A stretch of DNA of 64,000 nucleotides from an uncultured bacterium (GTDB lineage: Bacteria; Babelota; Babeliae; Babelales; Vermiphilaceae). Shown piece by piece: positions 59,969-64,000 of this stretch. The stretch lies in NCBI GenBank assembly GCA_963695335.1, contig OY968764.1, positions 1,248,001-1,312,000 of the forward strand, in the 5' to 3' direction. Both the position numbers and the translations under genes were made by a program. A model generated the notes under the pieces. It was not told the origin of the DNA, made no database searches, and saw only the letters and a list, made by a program, of their open reading frames with translations. Numbering within the stretch: position 1 is the stretch's first letter; every line of letters begins with the position of its first letter.

Positions 59969-60916
59969 TTATATAGCACCAGCTGATTCATTCATTTCAG
60001 CTATAGCCTGAGCTATAAACGGATCTTTTTTTAAACCTTCACTCATGTGGATTCCTGCAGCAATAAGCAATTTCATCATATCAATTGCTGTTCTATGTGC
60101 TGCTTGCGCATTAGCACCCTTTATCACAGCCATTTGCTTATAAAAATATGCTGCTGTAAGTACATCCTTGGAAGTAGGGTAGTTTACATCAACGCCGTAT
60201 TGAGTCAAAATTTTAACGGCATCGATATTACCCTCGCTTAAAGCTATCAGTAATGGTGTTTTAAGTGATGCAAGACGTTTCATCTCATAATTTAATTTTG
60301 CTCCATGTTCCAAAAGAGCACTCAGAGCCTGAAGATTATTCATACGTATCGCATCCGCTAATGGCGTAAAACCATAAATACTCGTAAATTCTAAATCAAC
60401 GCCTTTGTTGATAAAATCTTTAAACCTATCAATCGAAAATTGTGCAGGGTTAGAAATAAAGCTTTCAAAAGCAATCTGTAGGTCAAAACGCTTTTCAGCA
60501 CAATTCATTTCATCTATTCTCTGTGCTACCATGGCATCAGACCATATCTCAAACTTTTCTGACAGATGCTTTATGAATTTCAAACAAAAATCAGGATCTT
60601 TAACCAATTCGTTTAATGTTTTATTTATTTGTGAAAGACGACTCACTGTTTGAGCACAAGTTTCAATAGTATCTCCAGTACCATGTAACAACAGTAAGCC
60701 AGCTATCTTATTTTGAACATTTATAGGAAGATAATGGGCTAATAACGAAAATTCATCTGATTCAAACCCAACATTATCAAGTAAAATATTGCCAATATAT
60801 TCAACATAATCTCGGAATTTTGGTTTTTCTAATGATGTTGATTGCTCAGGTTCCATGGTATGAATATTGCGAGCAAAAACAATAACAACAAATAATAGAA
60901 AATATAACCTCTTCAT
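59969..60916 (-). CDS. Secreted F-box-like/ankyrin repeat protein, paralog of 12505..13479
   Basis: IHT|MEP; LPINVQNKIAGLL; FCLKFIKHLSEKF; GFTPLADA; KTPLLIAL. Confidence 0.85.
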   Translation of the reverse strand: MKRLYFLLFVVIVFARNIHTMEPEQSTSLEKPKFRDYVEYIGNILLDNVGFESDEFSLLAHYLPINVQNKIAGLLLLHGTGDTIETCAQTVSRLSQINKTLNELVKDPDFCLKFIKHLSEKFEIWSDAMVAQRIDEMNCAEKRFDLQIAFESFISNPAQFSIDRFKDFINKGVDLEFTSIYGFTPLADAIRMNNLQALSALLEHGAKLNYEMKRLASLKTPLLIALSEGNIDAVKILTQYGVDVNYPTSKDVLTAAYFYKQMAVIKGANAQAAHRTAIDMMKLLIAAGIHMSEGLKKDPFIAQAIAEMNESAGAI

Positions 60917-61183
60917 AAAACTCTCCTAGTTCTATTATACAAAACATATTTATTTTCAATTATAATAATAAAGGATGGGGGGGGTAAAAAACAATAGTTT
61001 TTCGAAAATCTATTGAAATTTATGAAAATGCCCTACTGGCCAATCTATAGAAATCTTCAGTGAGACGGACAAATCAGTAAGATAAGTAACATTATACCAG
61101 ACGAGTTATATTCAATCACATTGTCTTAAAAAAGAAAAAAGGCCAAAACTTATAGTCTTGACCCATCAAAATCGTACCAATAA

Positions 61184-61858
61184 TCAGTAATACTCACTTC
61201 TTGCATGCCAAGAACGTCCACCAAAAGAAAGAATGCGTTCTGCCATTTCAACTTTTTTTCGCTCTTTTTCCTCTTGCTCATACGCCTTAAACAAATCAAT
61301 AAATTTTTGTACCTCAGGATATTGCTCTTTAAGATTATTGGCATAATGATAACCGCTCAGATACTCACCATTGCATGTTACTGGCTTTCTAGTATCCAAA
61401 AGCCATTTGATAACTGGCACCATTTCATCTACCGTGGATGTTTCAACTGCCTCTCTAATATTAAGACAATACGCATTCCAAACAGCCACTGTATTTCTTT
61501 CAAGCAACCATAAAGCAAGCTTATCTTTTTTATTTTTTACTGCATAAGCAAATTCTTGATGCTGTTCGAGCGCACCCATACTTTTCCAATAAAACATTTG
61601 ATGCATATCATTTTTAGCAAAAAAAGCTTCCTTATAATTTTTATTCAATTCATCTTGTGAATGAACAATTTTTAAATATTTTGTACAGGTACATCGTAAA
61701 GTATCCCGTGCTGGCCGATCTAAGCGTGGACAAACAGAAGTAATGAATAAATCATCTGTAATACATATGCCACTGGAATGATTTGTTGTTGTAAGTTCCA
61801 TTGCAGATATTGGAAAAAAAGATAGTAAAAAAATGATAGCAAGCCATTTGTATTGCAT
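61184..61858 (-). CDS. Secreted hypothetical protein, paralog of 63620..>64000
   Basis: ISA|MEL; AVETSTVDEMVPVIKWLLD; tail WHARSEYY. Confidence 0.8.
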   Translation of the reverse strand: MQYKWLAIIFLLSFFPISAMELTTTNHSSGICITDDLFITSVCPRLDRPARDTLRCTCTKYLKIVHSQDELNKNYKEAFFAKNDMHQMFYWKSMGALEQHQEFAYAVKNKKDKLALWLLERNTVAVWNAYCLNIREAVETSTVDEMVPVIKWLLDTRKPVTCNGEYLSGYHYANNLKEQYPEVQKFIDLFKAYEQEEKERKKVEMAERILSFGGRSWHARSEYY

Positions 61859-62032
61859 ATTATGTCCCTAAAAAAATATAATTTCTTAAATATACAGTTT
61901 AAATTACATCATACAAATCAGTTTAACAATGCAAACTATTCATGAATAACCTCATAAACTCACCAATAGTTAAAAAAGCAATGTCTGAATTTCAGCTACA
62001 AAAATTTTGCAAAACCATTATAATAAAAAGAG

Positions 62033-62479
62033 ATGAAATACATAATCACAAATGCAAAAAAACAGGTAACAACAATGCGTACATTTCTGCAAAAAAAATT
62101 ATGGCGTGACAATGCCATTGACATGATGGAAAAAAATCATGGTTCAAAAATACATTGGCGCCAATTAAACGATCAAGAATTTGATCAACAAATTCGTATT
62201 AAATTACTTGAAGAAGCAGAAGAGGTAGCTACAGCGCAATCACGTAATGAATTAATCAATGAACTTGCCGATTTGTATGAAGTAATTGATTCTCTGATGG
62301 CTGCAAATGCTATAACCACAGAAGAAATTATCACTGAACAAATGAAAAAACGCGATGAACGCGGTGGATTTACCAAGCGTAGATTTGTTGAAACAGCTCA
62401 ACACCCTGTAGACAGTTTTGGTGAAAAATATTGCCTTGCTGATCCTGACAAATATCCTGAAATTGTATCATTACCATAA
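62033..62479 (+). CDS. MazG-like nucleotide pyrophosphohydrolase (start may be 62075)
   Basis: KLWRD, KLLEEAEE, ELADLYEVI, KRDERGGF. Confidence 0.88.
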   Translation: MKYIITNAKKQVTTMRTFLQKKLWRDNAIDMMEKNHGSKIHWRQLNDQEFDQQIRIKLLEEAEEVATAQSRNELINELADLYEVIDSLMAANAITTEEIITEQMKKRDERGGFTKRRFVETAQHPVDSFGEKYCLADPDKYPEIVSLP

Positions 62480-62606
62480 ACATTGCTTCGGTAAAAAAAA
62501 TACACTATCCTATTGCAAAAATAATAATTCAAAAGCCTGAACACACACTGATGCATGTTATGTGGCATTTATTGGCAGCATATGCCGCATATGTAGCATT
62601 AACAAT

Positions 62607-63623
62607 TTAATATGTGTTATATGCTCTCAAAGCAATATCCACAACTCCATTTGGTTCAAACATAGCAATAAAATGATTGTATCCAATATGTCTATTTTCA
62701 TAATCTTGGTGCTGATTATGTGGCGCTAATAATAGTTCACTATATTCTGCAATATCTTCTACAATGCGCTCACATCTATAATAAGCAATGATTTCTGCAT
62801 TAACCTCAGTTTTGCCATACCCAACATAAAAAAGCTTTTCTTCATCAGAATTGTTCCACACATTACCCACACCCCCGCCGATAAACATTAAATCTCTTTC
62901 TTTGGGAGCCATAATAGGGTTATCCCAATCTACGATATACATCGCACCTTCTTTTGTGAGTAATACATTACCAGCGTGTATATCAGAATGGCATAGCACA
63001 AATTGTGAAGGTGTATTTTTAAGCTTATCTGCCAACTGCTCGGCACGATCTACTAAATGCTGTATTACAACTTTATGTTTTTTAAGAGAGTCTAAAAACT
63101 TCAAAGCTATTTCATCGTACGCTTGTGTATCTTTTATATAACTATCTAATGACCTAACAAGATTGCGCCATTGTGCAGAATATGTTTCTTGCCGTATCTG
63201 TGCTCTGATTGATACTGGAACTTCAAAACCATGAATTTTTCTTAATGTTTTACCCAACTCAATCCATTGATCTGGCGTTAGATTTTGCGTAAAACCATCA
63301 CACCCTTCTATAAATGGGTACACCATGAGAGAATAATCATCGATATACTGAACAATCTGATTCTGCTTCGTTTTTACAGGAACAATAATTTCTTGTATCC
63401 CTGCATCATGTAACATTTGTTGTAAAACAATTCCAGCACTATGGAAATGCCCATGTTTTATTTTTACAAAGTATACTACATTATCATCTGTTTGAGCTTT
63501 ATAGACTGATGCGTCTATATCTGCACCTAAAGGAAGTAAGATAAGTTTTGTAACGTTAATACCATAGTAGACATTAAGACAATCAATAATATATTGATCT
63601 GAAAAAGATTGTTTTTTGATCAC
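62607..63623 (-). CDS. Aminoglycoside phosphotransferase, APH(9)/spectinomycin kinase-like
   Basis: GADIDASVY, YFVKIKHG, LCHSDIHAGNV, IVDWD, APKERDLMFIGGGVG. Confidence 0.88.
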   Translation of the reverse strand: MIKKQSFSDQYIIDCLNVYYGINVTKLILLPLGADIDASVYKAQTDDNVVYFVKIKHGHFHSAGIVLQQMLHDAGIQEIIVPVKTKQNQIVQYIDDYSLMVYPFIEGCDGFTQNLTPDQWIELGKTLRKIHGFEVPVSIRAQIRQETYSAQWRNLVRSLDSYIKDTQAYDEIALKFLDSLKKHKVVIQHLVDRAEQLADKLKNTPSQFVLCHSDIHAGNVLLTKEGAMYIVDWDNPIMAPKERDLMFIGGGVGNVWNNSDEEKLFYVGYGKTEVNAEIIAYYRCERIVEDIAEYSELLLAPHNQHQDYENRHIGYNHFIAMFEPNGVVDIALRAYNTY

Positions 63624-64000
63624 AAATAATCACCTCTTGCATGCCAAGGGCTGCTAGAATATGCATTATTCCTACGTGATTCCGCAACTATTCTAGCTAT
63701 TTCTCGCTTCTCTTCTTCTTTATATTTATCAAACAAATCAACAAATTTTTGCATATCAGGATATCGCTTTTTACGATCATTAGCATAATTATAAGCACTC
63801 AAGAAGTCCCTGCTATCCGTTAGAGGCTTTGTAGCATCCAAAAGCCATTGTATTACCGGTACTATTTCATCTACTGTTGATGTTTCAACTGCATCTTGCA
63901 TATTCCAATAATAACCATGGAAAATAATATTTACTCTCTTTGTTTCCAATAACCATACAGCAAGTTTCTCTTTTTTATTCTTTACTGCACTAGCTAATTC
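63620..64000 (-). CDS. Paralog of 61184..61858, 3' part (start lies beyond the window end)
   Basis: The frame stays open to 64000: ELASAVKNKKEKLAVWLLET...AVETSTVDEIVPVIQWLLD...WHARGDYL. Confidence 0.85.
   Translation of the reverse strand, partial: ELASAVKNKKEKLAVWLLETKRVNIIFHGYYWNMQDAVETSTVDEIVPVIQWLLDATKPLTDSRDFLSAYNYANDRKKRYPDMQKFVDLFDKYKEEEKREIARIVAESRRNNAYSSSPWHARGDYL

Noticed and set aside
60977..60984. Poly-G run upstream of 59969..60916 as a phase-variation switch
   Set aside because: A single short intergenic run; no promoter context could be established.

Overview
AT-rich bacterial chromosome segment. Its content (many signal-peptide proteins with ankyrin, WD40, F-box-like, Skp1-like or E2-like domains, an APH(9)-like kinase, DUF2608) suggests an intracellular parasite of protists. 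Candidatus Dependentiae/Babelota (TM6) is my best inference, not proven. Housekeeping genes (ffh partial, hflX, pcrA/uvrD, ppa, trpS, arfB, an ABC-2 exporter) are interspersed with about 35 predicted secreted proteins, two intact IS elements (IS982, IS5) that each split a secreted-protein gene, and about 12 copies of a REP-like palindrome family. The main unexplained signals are: (1) 27 secreted proteins have Met exactly at the predicted +1 position after the signal peptide, mostly Met-Glu, and a subset continues into basic, acid-free segments resembling mitochondrial presequences; (2) REP doublets whose central GCGC site carries single cargo genes, and REPs inserted in-frame in signal peptides; (3) a tRNA-shaped element with a CUA anticodon loop; (4) a 9-codon leader peptide and hairpin ahead of the ABC exporter; (5) a candidate toxin/immunity pair, a stand-alone cyclodipeptide synthase and a motif-less CdaA-CdaR pair. 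No CRISPR array, rRNA or canonical tRNA was seen. All family assignments come from reading motifs by eye, not from searches.
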